Source: Candidatus Marinacidobacterales bacterium (lineage in GTDB: Bacteria > Acidobacteriota > Vicinamibacteria > Marinacidobacterales > DATDRI01). Taken from it: 64,000 bases of DNA. Below the pieces are notes generated by a model. That model worked only from the letters and a program-made list of their open reading frames with translations, did no database searches and was not told the DNA's origin. Shown piece after piece: positions 48,794 to 58,886 of this stretch; positions within the stretch are counted from its first letter, which is position 1, and the number at the start of each line of letters is the position of its first letter. Location of the stretch: contig OZ245365.1 of the NCBI GenBank assembly GCA_965226495.1, forward strand, positions 1,504,001-1,568,000, read 5' to 3'. The position numbers and the translations under genes were made by a program.

Positions 48794-49591
48794 ATGCTCC
48801 TTGAGGGCAAAAAAGGTCTGGTAGTTGGGATCGCGAACAAAAGGTCTCTCGCTTGGGGGATTGCCAAGTCGGCTTCGCGAGAGGGGGCCCGCTTGGCAGT
48901 CACTTACCAAGGCGAAAGGTTGGAAAAGAACGTTCGCAAGTTGGCAGAAGAACTGAACGAACCGGTCATCCTCCCTTGCGACGTCACGCGGGATGAGGAA
49001 ATGGACTCCCTGGCGGCGACCATAAAAAACGAGTGGGGTGGTTTGGATTTCGTCATCCACGCGGTGGCGTTTGCGTTGCGGGAGGAGTTGGACGGGGAGT
49101 ATCTCGACACGTCACGGGAAGGCTACCGCGTCGCACAAGACGTCTCGGCCTATTCTCTCGTCGCTCTCGCGCGCCGCATGGCGCCCTTGATGGAGACGGA
49201 AGGTCGAGGGGGGAGCATCGTAACCCTGACCTATTTGGGAGGGCCGCGCGTTGTCCCCCATTACAACGTTATGGGGGTGGCGAAGGCGGCGCTCGAGGCG
49301 TCGGTGCGCTATCTGGCCGCCGACTTGGGGCCTCGCGGTGTTCGTGTGAACGCTATCTCCGCGGGCCCGGTCAAGACGATCGCCGCCTCGGGGGTGCACG
49401 GTGTTTCGAAGATGCTCGAGTACCATCGGAGTCATGCTCCGATGCGGAAGAACACCGAGCAGGGTGAAGTAGGGGACGCGGCGGTTTTTTTGGTGTCAGA
49501 GCTATCGCGTGGCGTCACCGGCGACGTGCTGTACGTGGATGGTGGATTTCATATCATGGCAATGACCGACCTCGGGCGCTCGCAGTCTTGA
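48794..49591 (+). CDS. fabI: enoyl-ACP reductase
   Basis: G.ANKRSLAWGIA, YNVMGVAKAALE and NAISAGP. Confidence 0.96.
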   Translation: MLLEGKKGLVVGIANKRSLAWGIAKSASREGARLAVTYQGERLEKNVRKLAEELNEPVILPCDVTRDEEMDSLAATIKNEWGGLDFVIHAVAFALREELDGEYLDTSREGYRVAQDVSAYSLVALARRMAPLMETEGRGGSIVTLTYLGGPRVVPHYNVMGVAKAALEASVRYLAADLGPRGVRVNAISAGPVKTIAASGVHGVSKMLEYHRSHAPMRKNTEQGEVGDAAVFLVSELSRGVTGDVLYVDGGFHIMAMTDLGRSQS

Positions 49592-49607
49592 TTCGGAAAG
49601 GGGAGCA

Positions 49608-50909
49608 ATGATGTCAACCCGTACGACAAGTTTCCTACTGGTCGCTTGTGTTTCGGGGCCCATCGCCCTCGGAGCGTGTACAGGGGGCGACGCTGCCTCG
49701 CCTTCAACCCCGCTCGAGCGGGCCCGAGCTTTACACGGTCGGGTGCCTCTCATCGACGGGCACAACGATTTGCCATGGCAATACCGTCAGCAGTTCCAAC
49801 GAGCGGTGGCACGGCTCGATATCGCACAGCCTCAACCCCAACTGATGACGGATATCCCGCGATTGCGTGAAGGCGGAGTCGGGGCGCAGTTCTGGTCGGT
49901 TTATGTACCGACTAGCCTGGACGGAGGGGATGCGGTGCTCGCGACCCTCGAGCAGATCGACGTGGTCTACCAAATGATTCTCCGTTACCCGGATACTTTC
50001 GAGCTCGCCTTGACCGCGAATGAAGTAGAAGCAGCGTTCCGTGACGGGAAAATCGCCTCGTTGATCGGAATGGAGGGTGGTCATTCCATTAACAACTCTT
50101 TGGCCGCGCTTCGCATGTTCCACAAACTCGGGGCGCGTTACATGACGCTGGCCCACAGCGCGAACACGCCTTGGGCAGACTCGGCCACCGATGAGGCGCG
50201 CCTGGACGGACTCTCGGCCTTTGGCAGGGAAGTAGTCCGGGAGATGAACTGGTTGGGGATGCTGGTAGACCTCTCTCACGTTTCGCCGGCCACCATGCAT
50301 GACGCGTTGGACGTCTCCGAGGCGCCTATCATCTATAGTCATTCTTCGGCGCGCGCGATCACCGGTCATCCTCGAAACGTGCCCGATGATGTCCTGAGTC
50401 GGCTTCCGGACAATGGTGGCGTGGTCATGGTTACCTTCGTATCGAGCTTCATTTCGGTGGAAGCGTTCGAGCATCGTCGTGCCGGTGACGCGGAGCGGGG
50501 GCGGTTGCGCGGCTTGCCGGGAAGCACGGAAGACTTGGTACGGGTAGCGATGGAGCAATGGACCGAGGCCAACCCTGCTCCGCGAGGGACGGTTTCCCTG
50601 GTGGCGGATCATATAGACCACATACGCGAGGTAGCAGGCATCGATCACATCGGAATCGGTTCTGATTACGATGGCACGACCTATGTGGCGGAAGGCCTCG
50701 AGGATGTTTCAAAGTTGCCGACACTTACCGCGGAGCTCTTGGAAAGAGGTTACTCGGATCAGGACGTCATGAAGGTACTCGGACTCAATGTCCTTAGAGT
50801 GATGCGTAGCGTGGAAGGTGTTGCCGAACGGCTGCAACGGGAACGCGGTCCGTCGGAAGCGCTCATCGAAGAGGTCGACGGCGCGGGCCCTCCTCGCTCG
50901 GGGAGTTAA
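49608..50909 (+). CDS. membrane dipeptidase (peptidase M19)
   Basis: IDGHNDLP, GAQFWS, EGGH, DLSH, SHS and GIGSDYDG. Confidence 0.95.
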   Translation: MMSTRTTSFLLVACVSGPIALGACTGGDAASPSTPLERARALHGRVPLIDGHNDLPWQYRQQFQRAVARLDIAQPQPQLMTDIPRLREGGVGAQFWSVYVPTSLDGGDAVLATLEQIDVVYQMILRYPDTFELALTANEVEAAFRDGKIASLIGMEGGHSINNSLAALRMFHKLGARYMTLAHSANTPWADSATDEARLDGLSAFGREVVREMNWLGMLVDLSHVSPATMHDALDVSEAPIIYSHSSARAITGHPRNVPDDVLSRLPDNGGVVMVTFVSSFISVEAFEHRRAGDAERGRLRGLPGSTEDLVRVAMEQWTEANPAPRGTVSLVADHIDHIREVAGIDHIGIGSDYDGTTYVAEGLEDVSKLPTLTAELLERGYSDQDVMKVLGLNVLRVMRSVEGVAERLQRERGPSEALIEEVDGAGPPRSGS

Positions 50910-51030
50910 TGAACTACCGGATCGGGGGGGCACTCGTTGGGTTGCTCCTACTCTGGTCCTCGCTCGGTCTTGGCCCATCCCTAGGTTTTGGTGAAGCTCG
51001 GGAATTCACGGAATCGGTTGGGGAACACTA

Positions 51031-52128
51031 ATGCGAGTCGCCGCTCTGGTCGCGGCTCTTCTCTCCGTCGGATGCACGGCCGCGGAGGAACTCTCTCTCG
51101 ATCGAATCAAGCTCCCGCCCGGATTCGAGATTCATCTCTACGCGACAGGGGTTCCCAATGCCCGCTCGATGGCTCTTGGGCCCAACGGCACCCTGTTCGT
51201 GGGCACGATGGACGAAGGCAATGTCTATGCGGTCCTCGACCAAGACCAAGACGGCAGCGCCGACAAGATCATCACTCTCATCGAAGAGTGGAACATGCCC
51301 AACGGGGTGGCGATTCGGGAGGGGGCGCTGTATGTCGCGGCAGTGAATCGGGTCGTCCGTTTCGATAACATCGAGTCACATCTGGAAGATCTTCCCACTC
51401 CGGTTGTGATTCGCGACGATTTGCCTCAAGACGAGTCCCATGGTTGGAAGTTCATCGCTTTCGGGCCGGACGGCAAACTCTACGTGCCGGTAGGCGCACC
51501 CTGTAACATCTGCGAGCGAGACGATGAACGCTATGCCTCGATTCTTCAGATGAATCCTGACGGGACGGACCTGCAAGTCTATGCGCGGGGCGTGCGGAAC
51601 ACCGTCGGATTCTCCTGGCACCCCGAGACCGAAGAGCTGTGGTTCACTGACAATGGCCGAGACCAGTTGGGAGATGATATTCCTCCCGACGAGCTCAACC
51701 ACGCCCCTGCTCCAGGGCTACATTTTGGCTTTCCCTATTGTCATGGCGGCAAATTTCTCGACCCAAAGTTCGGAGGCGATCGAGCCTGCGATGAGTTCGT
51801 GCCGCCGGCGAAGGCGCTCGGCCCTCACGTCGCGGCGCTTGGCATGCGTTTCTACACCGGGTCGATGTTTCCTGAGACATATCGAGGCCAGATTTTCTTC
51901 GCCGAGCACGGGTCGTGGAATCGAAGCAACAAGATCGGTTACCGGGTGATGCGCGTGGAGCTGGATGGAGATCAGCCGGTAAGCTACGAAACCTTCGCCG
52001 AAGGCTGGCTGCAGGGCGAAGAGGCCTGGGGCCGACCAGTCGATGTCCTAGTCATGCCGGATGGGGCGCTTCTCGTTTCTGATGACGAAGCCGGTGTTAT
52101 CTACCGGATTGTATACAAGGCTTCCTGA
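51031..52128 (+). CDS. sorbosone/glucose dehydrogenase-like beta-propeller lipoprotein
   Basis: HGWKFIAFGPDG, GAPCN.C, G.RN.VG, HGSWNR and GRP.DV. Confidence 0.9.
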   Translation: MRVAALVAALLSVGCTAAEELSLDRIKLPPGFEIHLYATGVPNARSMALGPNGTLFVGTMDEGNVYAVLDQDQDGSADKIITLIEEWNMPNGVAIREGALYVAAVNRVVRFDNIESHLEDLPTPVVIRDDLPQDESHGWKFIAFGPDGKLYVPVGAPCNICERDDERYASILQMNPDGTDLQVYARGVRNTVGFSWHPETEELWFTDNGRDQLGDDIPPDELNHAPAPGLHFGFPYCHGGKFLDPKFGGDRACDEFVPPAKALGPHVAALGMRFYTGSMFPETYRGQIFFAEHGSWNRSNKIGYRVMRVELDGDQPVSYETFAEGWLQGEEAWGRPVDVLVMPDGALLVSDDEAGVIYRIVYKAS

Positions 52129-52191
52129 GAATCCTTCAGCCAATTCGTTTCCAGCGAGTGGATCGATCTACAATGGGGCGAGGACACATCA

Positions 52192-53427
52192 ATGGGGGCG
52201 CGGGAGAGAAATCTCATCTATGACTGGAACCGCGAGGGGACGGCGCCCCCCGAGTTGTCGAAAACGATCGAATTCGATGATGAAACCCTGAGGGATGGGC
52301 TCCAGAGCCCTTCGGTCATTTCTCCTCCCATCGAGAAGAAACTCGAGATCCTCCATCTCATTAACGAGCTCGGGATCCACTCTGCCGACATCGGTCTTCC
52401 CGGCGCCGGTCCGCATGTTCAAGAGCAAGTCCTGCGTTTGGCGAAAGAGATCGCGGATCAGAAGCTTTCGGTCGCACCTAACTGCGCAGCGCGCACTCTA
52501 AAGTCTGATATCGAACCCATCATCGAGATCTCGCAAAGGGTTGGGTTGCCGATCGAGTGCGGCACGTTCATTGGCTCCAGTCCGATTCGACAGTACGCTG
52601 AAGATTGGGAGCTCGATCGGTTACTCAAGCACACTCGGGATGCGGTGACCTACGTCGTTGAGAACAATCTCTCTGTTATGTATGTCACAGAGGACACGAC
52701 TCGCGCCCGCCCGGAGACGCTGCGAAAGCTCTACACGACTGCTATCGAGTGTGGCGCTCGGCGTATTTGTCTCTGCGATACGGTCGGGCACGCTACTCCG
52801 GAAGGTGCGTGCAACCTCGTCAATTTCATCAAGGGAGTTGTCGCTGACACTGGTGAGCCCGTCAAGATCGACTGGCACGGGCATCGGGACCGCGGGCTGG
52901 ACATACCGAACACCCTGGCCGCCATCGAGGCCGGCGTGGATCGCGTGCACGGATGCGCCCTCGGACTCGGTGAGCGATGTGGTAACACTTCGATGGATCT
53001 CCTTCTGGTGAACCTCAAGCTGATGGGCATTATCGACAACGATCTTAGGCGGCTTCCCGATTACTGCCGGACCGTTTCCGAGGCGACCGGGATCCCTATC
53101 CCCGTCGGCTACCCGGTCGTCGGTTCCGATGCATTTCGCACCGGTACGGGCGTTCACGCCGCGGCCGTCATCAAGGCTTTCAAGAAGAAGGATACCTGGC
53201 TAGCCGACCGCGTGTACTCGGGCGTGCCGGCAGGAGAGTTCGGCCTACGGCAGAAGATCGAGGTCGGCCCGATGTGCGGTGTGTCGAACGTGCAATTCTG
53301 GCTGGCCTCACGAGGTCTGCCGGTGAAAGACGAACTGGTCCAGGCCATCTTTCAAGCAGCGAAAAAATCCGAGCGAGTGCTCGAGGACTCCGAGGTCGAG
53401 GCCGTCGTCCGACAATACATCGACTGA
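52192..53427 (+). CDS. 2-isopropylmalate/homocitrate synthase family (DRE-TIM), no C-terminal regulatory domain
   Basis: DETLRDGLQ, DTVG, HGH.DRGL, G.GER.GN and GVHA. Confidence 0.88.
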   Translation: MGARERNLIYDWNREGTAPPELSKTIEFDDETLRDGLQSPSVISPPIEKKLEILHLINELGIHSADIGLPGAGPHVQEQVLRLAKEIADQKLSVAPNCAARTLKSDIEPIIEISQRVGLPIECGTFIGSSPIRQYAEDWELDRLLKHTRDAVTYVVENNLSVMYVTEDTTRARPETLRKLYTTAIECGARRICLCDTVGHATPEGACNLVNFIKGVVADTGEPVKIDWHGHRDRGLDIPNTLAAIEAGVDRVHGCALGLGERCGNTSMDLLLVNLKLMGIIDNDLRRLPDYCRTVSEATGIPIPVGYPVVGSDAFRTGTGVHAAAVIKAFKKKDTWLADRVYSGVPAGEFGLRQKIEVGPMCGVSNVQFWLASRGLPVKDELVQAIFQAAKKSERVLEDSEVEAVVRQYID

Positions 53428-53462
53428 GCCAGACCGATCCCACGGAGGCATCCCCTCACACC

Positions 53463-54245
53463 ATGTCCGTCCATTCCACTGCGATCGTGAGTTCCGATAG
53501 CGAGATCGGCTCAAGAATCGAGATCGGTCCACTCGTCATCGTCGAGCCCGGAGTTGTAATAGGCGACGGATGTCGGATCGGGGCTCGCGCGGTGCTCAAG
53601 CGAGGCCTGCGTTTAGGGAAGGACGTAAGGATCTTCGAGGGAGCCGTTCTCGGAGGTGAACCCCAGGATCTGAAATATCGATCGGTCGAGAGTTTCGCGG
53701 AAGTCGGCGACCAGACCGTGATTCGCGAGTACGCTACAGTGCATCGCAGTGGACAAGAGGGCGGTGTTACCAGACTGGGTCGAGATTGTTTCCTCATGGC
53801 CTATGGCCACGTCGCTCACGATTGTGACATTGGGGACGGGGCCATCGTTGCAAGCTACGTTGCATTGGCCGGACACATTCACGTGGGAGCGAAGGCGTTC
53901 ATCTCGGGCGGCGTGGTGGTACATCAGTTTTCTCGAATTGGAGAGCTCGCGATGGTCGGCGGAGGATCGAAGATCAACTTGGACGTGCCGCCCTTTTTTA
54001 CGGTTGACGGTGTGCCCGGTCGCGCGGTGGGCCTCAACTTGGTTGGTTTGCGACGAGCTGGGTTCAGCCCGGATGACATACGGGTTCTCAAGGAGGCGTA
54101 TCGCCTTTTGTATCGAATGAATCTCCAAAGGGAGGAAGCCCTTCGTCGCATTCAGAGTCTGGGTGCCGAGCCCAGCAATCGACTTGCGGAGTTCATCCGG
54201 GCTAGTAAACGTGGAATCTGTGGAGATCGACGCACGCGTCGTTGA
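53463..54245 (+). CDS. lpxA: acyl-ACP--UDP-N-acetylglucosamine O-acyltransferase
   Basis: Hexapeptide repeats, PQDLKY, IREY.T.HR, HVAHDC, VHQF and GLN.VGLRR.G. Confidence 0.93.
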   Translation: MSVHSTAIVSSDSEIGSRIEIGPLVIVEPGVVIGDGCRIGARAVLKRGLRLGKDVRIFEGAVLGGEPQDLKYRSVESFAEVGDQTVIREYATVHRSGQEGGVTRLGRDCFLMAYGHVAHDCDIGDGAIVASYVALAGHIHVGAKAFISGGVVVHQFSRIGELAMVGGGSKINLDVPPFFTVDGVPGRAVGLNLVGLRRAGFSPDDIRVLKEAYRLLYRMNLQREEALRRIQSLGAEPSNRLAEFIRASKRGICGDRRTRR

Positions 54246-54611
54246 CCCCTCCTGAGAAACCCCTCCGCTTTGTTGGCTGCTTAACAGGCAGAGCAATTTG
54301 CACGCGATAGCATGTCTGGCATGCACATGGTTGGTGCGGGTCGACATCCTGAGCAGGCTGAGCCGGCTGAACCGGCCGAGCCGGCCGAAGGGGCACAACG
54401 GCATCCCTCGGTCATCCGAAGAACGGTTGACGCGTTGGTGTGCTGGTGGGTGCTCCTCCGTGCCCGCCTCCTGCGCACCGGGCGATCAGACCCTGAAGTC
54501 GAGCTTTGTCTGCAGTTACAGAAGGGGGCCCGCTTTCAGATACGCGGTGGCGAAGTCCATTTCGTCGATTCCGGAGGCCATCGCGCCGACGCAACGGTTT
54601 CGTCGTTTTCG

Positions 54612-57110
54612 TCAGGCCGGTCGGGAAATGACGAATGAGGTGGACTGGGCGATTTCCTTGAGCGCACTCGCTACTTTGTTCTCTTGATCCGAGGCGAGTG
54701 CTCGTCGGTAAGCATCTCGGATGACCCGGTTGACGTCGAACGAGGTGGACACGTTGACGTAAGGCATGGGTAGGACAACCGGCCCGCTTTCTTCTCCCGC
54801 TGGCTTCGTCAGCCCGACTCGGTGAATAGCTTTAAGGTATTCCTGAGCCGCTTTCGGAAAGTCCTTCATTTGGGAGTGAACGAGCCCCAGCGATAGCGCG
54901 ATAGCGGGGTCGGTAGGAGCGAGGAGTTCGGCGGACTCGAGCTCCTTGGCCGCTCCTGCGAAATCCTGCGTCCCAAAACGAGCTTCGGCGAGGCCGAGCC
55001 GAGCCGAAAGGCGATTTCCACCTTGGGCGATGGAGTTCTCGAAGAAGTTGATTGCGTTGAACGCGTCTCCCTCCGCCAGGGAGATCTGTCCGAGAGTCAA
55101 CAAGAGATCGCCCCTCGGAATTTCACTAGCGTCCTGCAAAATCTGTCTCGCCTTGGCGAAGTCTCCTCGATCTCCCCTGGACCGGCCGATTGCCAACCAG
55201 ACTCGGCCGAGGGCCAATTGCGCACGGGGTTGATCGGCATTTGCTTGCAAAGCGGTGATGAGCTCTTTACGAGCGGCTTCGAAACGCCGTCGCTCCAAGT
55301 AGACTTCTCCCAGCAACGTGTGTGCTCGAGCGTCGCCAGGATCGTAGCGCTCGAAGTTCCTCGCGATCTCTTCCGCTCCGTCCAGCTTCCCTTGGCCTAG
55401 GAGAGCGAGTCCGAGCTCGACGAAGTAATCGGCACCCGGATCGAAACGCGCCCTCGCTCCGCGGATCTCGTTTTCGGCTTCCGCGAACCGGCCTATGGAG
55501 TTGAGTAACGCTCCGTAGAGGTAGCGCGCTTCTCCGTGCGATGCGTCGAGACTCAGCGCCGCCTCGAGGTGGGAGACCGCCTCTTCTCGGCGGTCGAGTT
55601 GTACCAGGCTCGTGGCCAGGCGGTAACGGGCGTTCGCGCTGTCTTTGCCGAGCGATATCGATTTGCTATAGACGGTTGCCGCCTCAACGAATCGGCCGCG
55701 TGCGTAGAGTCCGTCCGCCATCTCCTCGAGTATCTCGGGAGAATCAGGAGCGAGCTCTGCGGCGCGAGTTAGATCGTCCAGCCCCTCCTCGCGTCCAGCC
55801 GCCAGCCGCGCCCGACCCCGCCCGAGGTAGGCGAGCACTTCGAACTGGCCAGACCCAAGGATCTGGTCGTAGGCTGCGATGGCGCGATCGAATTGGCCGG
55901 TCGCCGCTAGACTGGCCGCCTTTTGCAGTTGTTCATTCCCGGGGTCCTTGCCCCGGCCCAAGAAAAAGACCATGCCCACCGCGACAAGAATCAGTGCACC
56001 TACTCCACCGAGAACGATCGTGGGAGGGAGTCCTAGCTGTTCCCAAAACGCGCCTCCAGCAAAGTGACGTCGCGACGAGCTGTGGCGTGGCACCGGATGT
56101 TTACGGGCCGCCTCCCCTTCTGCCTCGCTGGCCTCCACCAGTGCGGCCTCTCGCTCTGGCTGTTCGTCGAGTGACTGGTCGACGAGGAGTCCAGCGGAAG
56201 GCGAAGCGGGGCGAGACGTGGTTCCACTCTCCATCAGCGTTAACAAGGAAGCGGGAGGATTCTTAAGAGTGGGTTGCGTATCGGTCGGTTTCAAATTCGG
56301 CGGACCCGACGGATCGGAAGAAAAGGTCGGGCCGATCGTTGTTCCGGAGAGCTGAGGGGAGATATTTTCCGGGTCTTCAATAGCCTGGAGAGCGAGGAGC
56401 AAAGCGTGGGCCTCTTCGGAGCGGTTGCTCGCAAGCAATTGTTGACCCATGGTTAGGAGCTCTTGGAGGTAGTTCGTTCTTCTTTCTGCCGACCGCGAGG
56501 TCGTTAGAAGCACCAGTAGCTGGAAGATGCGGTTCGACGGCTCGGCAGATAGTCCCCGAGCCCAGTTCTGGATGGCTGAGCTCTTCCATCCTCTTGTCAA
56601 CGCTTCAGCACCGGCCCGCAAGCGATCGGACCTGCTGGCGGCTGGAGGAGCCTTTTCCGTGCCGGAGGCGTGCACGATCTCGAGGAGCTCTTGCGCTTCT
56701 GTAAAATTGGGATCTCTGTCTAAGATCTCGCGAAGCTCGCGCTCGGCTAATGCAAAATCCTTTTTGCCCAAGTAGGCGAGCGCTCTCTGCAGCTTCTTTT
56801 CCAAACCGGGAACTTGCGGCTGAGGATCTCCCGAAGGCGGACCCGCCTGTTCTTGGGGCGTGGGCTCAAGGCCTCCTTCCTGGATTTCTCCAAGAATCGT
56901 CGAGTGTTGAACTTCCACGCGACGAACGATTTCCTGGCTATGGGCGAAAATAGGCTTCAAATCTTCGATGGGTACAGCGGTGCGGAAGACGACCTGCCCC
57001 TGATTCGAGACCAGGGTCTCAATCGTCGGGTGGTCTCCGGTGCGCAGCTTGGTGGAAACGCTGAGGGCATCGGAGCCGACGGTCACTTGCGTTGTACGGC
57101 CGACTCCCAT
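54612..57110 (-). CDS. membrane-anchored TPR protein
   Basis: N-terminal small domain and TPRs, disordered linker, one TM segment (IVLGGVGALILVAVGMVFFL), then many TPR repeats. Confidence 0.85.
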   Translation of the reverse strand: MGVGRTTQVTVGSDALSVSTKLRTGDHPTIETLVSNQGQVVFRTAVPIEDLKPIFAHSQEIVRRVEVQHSTILGEIQEGGLEPTPQEQAGPPSGDPQPQVPGLEKKLQRALAYLGKKDFALAERELREILDRDPNFTEAQELLEIVHASGTEKAPPAASRSDRLRAGAEALTRGWKSSAIQNWARGLSAEPSNRIFQLLVLLTTSRSAERRTNYLQELLTMGQQLLASNRSEEAHALLLALQAIEDPENISPQLSGTTIGPTFSSDPSGPPNLKPTDTQPTLKNPPASLLTLMESGTTSRPASPSAGLLVDQSLDEQPEREAALVEASEAEGEAARKHPVPRHSSSRRHFAGGAFWEQLGLPPTIVLGGVGALILVAVGMVFFLGRGKDPGNEQLQKAASLAATGQFDRAIAAYDQILGSGQFEVLAYLGRGRARLAAGREEGLDDLTRAAELAPDSPEILEEMADGLYARGRFVEAATVYSKSISLGKDSANARYRLATSLVQLDRREEAVSHLEAALSLDASHGEARYLYGALLNSIGRFAEAENEIRGARARFDPGADYFVELGLALLGQGKLDGAEEIARNFERYDPGDARAHTLLGEVYLERRRFEAARKELITALQANADQPRAQLALGRVWLAIGRSRGDRGDFAKARQILQDASEIPRGDLLLTLGQISLAEGDAFNAINFFENSIAQGGNRLSARLGLAEARFGTQDFAGAAKELESAELLAPTDPAIALSLGLVHSQMKDFPKAAQEYLKAIHRVGLTKPAGEESGPVVLPMPYVNVSTSFDVNRVIRDAYRRALASDQENKVASALKEIAQSTSFVISRPA

Positions 57111-57361
57111 TTGTTCTTGCTATTCGATTTTTTGGACGCGCTTACTCGAAGTATACAGTAAGGAGGCGGGATTCGGCCACTCGAAGGCGGGCCTCTATGG
57201 GACGGTGCGTCAACCGTGTCGGGGGTAGGCCCGTCGGACACCCACCTGAGCAGCCAAGCCTCTTGCGCAAATGGTCGCTCCCTTGGTAGCATGGAACGAT
57301 AGACCTACAACTAAATAGGGATAACTTGGGTGGCGGGCACCTGCGCCATCGGAGGGAGGAG

Positions 57362-58867
57362 ATGGCTACCAACGCTGAGGCCTTCGCCGAAGTTGGGCTG
57401 GGCGAGCTGCTGGAACTCGAGACGTCGGTTCTCCAGACACTGTGTCTGACCGTCAACACGGCGGGCTCCGAGATCAAGTACAAGATCCTGGACGTCCTTA
57501 CCAGCCACGACTTCTATTTTCCAGTGAACGGGTCGATCTTCGAGGCCTTGGAGGACATGCATCGTAAGGGAGACTACATCGTCCATAGCAATTTGGACGA
57601 GGAGCTCCGGGGGCGATCGGTCGACTATCCGGAAGGCTTCTACTTGGAGGATCTGTTCAACGGCGAGCTTCCCCCGATTCAAGAACTGGAGCAAAGTGTC
57701 TCGAAGGTAAAGGAACGTTCGTCCTTGGATCTTCCGCCGCGGCCCGATGAGGCGGAGGCGGAGGCGGAGGCGGAGACGAATCCGAGGTTCACGGTCGCGG
57801 AGCGGCGTCCTGCTAAACCGTCGGTCACGGCCCAAGCGCCTAAGGACCCGAAGCCCGACCCCAGTCAGACTCAGGTCAATATTGGCGCGAACGCTGCGAG
57901 AAAGAACAAAGAGCCCGATGTGCAGCGCGACCCATCGTTGACGAACGCAAAGAGAGCTGCGCCCGCCCTCGCTAAAAGCGATCCCGCTGTAAGTAGGGCC
58001 AAAAGTGATCCTAAAAGCGATCCCGCTGTAAGTAGGGCCAAAAGTGATCCGGGGATAGGCAGGCCCAAGAGTAGACCCCCCTTGGCCAAGAGCAGCCCTC
58101 TCGTTCTGGCGTCAGAAGGCACCGAGCTCGGCAACTATCTGGAAGAGCTGGGATCGAAACAAGGAAAGACGCTTGAAAGCGGATTTGCTTCTCTGGATGA
58201 GGCGACGGAGGGGCTGGGCCCCGGGGTCATGCTGGTTGTCGATGACGAGCCCGATCGGCTCTCTGGTTTTCTCAAGCAGCTCACCGATCAGATCGCCGAA
58301 GGCGCTCGCGTGCCCTGCCTTTATGTGTCTTTCCGCCTTTCCAAGGATGTGTTGCGAGTCCGTACGTTGGCGCGTTTGTCCGGAGTTTCTGCTCGGGACA
58401 TCGAGAAGGGCCGCCTCAAGAAGGACTCGTCCGAGTGGAAAAAGATCGAGACAAGCGGAAAACAAGCCTCTCCTTGGATGAAGCGGGTCTTCGTGGTCGA
58501 GGCCGGCAGCGAGACGAACATCGGCCTGATCCGCAAGATGTGCCGGCAGCTTTTGGAGTCGAGCGGGGGTGCTATCTGCGCTCTGTTCGTGGACGGCATC
58601 GAGTCCCTAGGCAAAAATGGAGAGACGGTTACTTCTTGCGCGAAAGGTCTAAAAGAGCTCAGCGAATCGATGGACGTGGTGGTGATCGCAGGGGCCAAGG
58701 GGGCCGAGCCCTTGACCGATCCTTCTATAGACTTTGCTGGGGTGCTGCGCGACGGCAAGGGCGGAATGATGACATTCGAACTGCTAGCGGCTGGCGAAAG
58801 TGAACCACAGCTTTTGTCATTCGAATACCTACCAAGCCTCCATCGTTTTATTGATCGGAGTAAGTAG
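57362..58867 (+). CDS. DnaB-like helicase paralogue, predicted catalytically inactive
   Basis: DnaB-N-like L..HDFY......IF.A...M; C-terminal SGF.SLDE.T.GL.PG, R.LAR.SGV...I.KG.L and LK.LS...DV.VIA, with no Walker A. Confidence 0.8.
   Translation: MATNAEAFAEVGLGELLELETSVLQTLCLTVNTAGSEIKYKILDVLTSHDFYFPVNGSIFEALEDMHRKGDYIVHSNLDEELRGRSVDYPEGFYLEDLFNGELPPIQELEQSVSKVKERSSLDLPPRPDEAEAEAEAETNPRFTVAERRPAKPSVTAQAPKDPKPDPSQTQVNIGANAARKNKEPDVQRDPSLTNAKRAAPALAKSDPAVSRAKSDPKSDPAVSRAKSDPGIGRPKSRPPLAKSSPLVLASEGTELGNYLEELGSKQGKTLESGFASLDEATEGLGPGVMLVVDDEPDRLSGFLKQLTDQIAEGARVPCLYVSFRLSKDVLRVRTLARLSGVSARDIEKGRLKKDSSEWKKIETSGKQASPWMKRVFVVEAGSETNIGLIRKMCRQLLESSGGAICALFVDGIESLGKNGETVTSCAKGLKELSESMDVVVIAGAKGAEPLTDPSIDFAGVLRDGKGGMMTFELLAAGESEPQLLSFEYLPSLHRFIDRSK
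57972..58050. repeat. 39-bp tandem duplication in the DnaB-like linker
   Basis: CTAAAAGCGATCCCGCTGTAAGTAGGGCCAAAAGTGATC x2; also (GAGGCG)x4 at 57749-57772. Confidence 0.95.
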
Positions 58868-58886
58868 TAGTTCCTGCCGGCGTCAC

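Noticed and set aside
54312-54638. 108-aa ORF after lpxA and a possible sigma54 box at TGGCATGC
   Set aside because: There is no RBS or family signal, it overlaps the TPR gene end, and there is no GC at the -12 position.
57362-58867. Prophage or plasmid replication module
   Set aside because: No integrase, primase, structural genes or att-like repeats lie nearby, and the neighbours are chromosomal-type genes.
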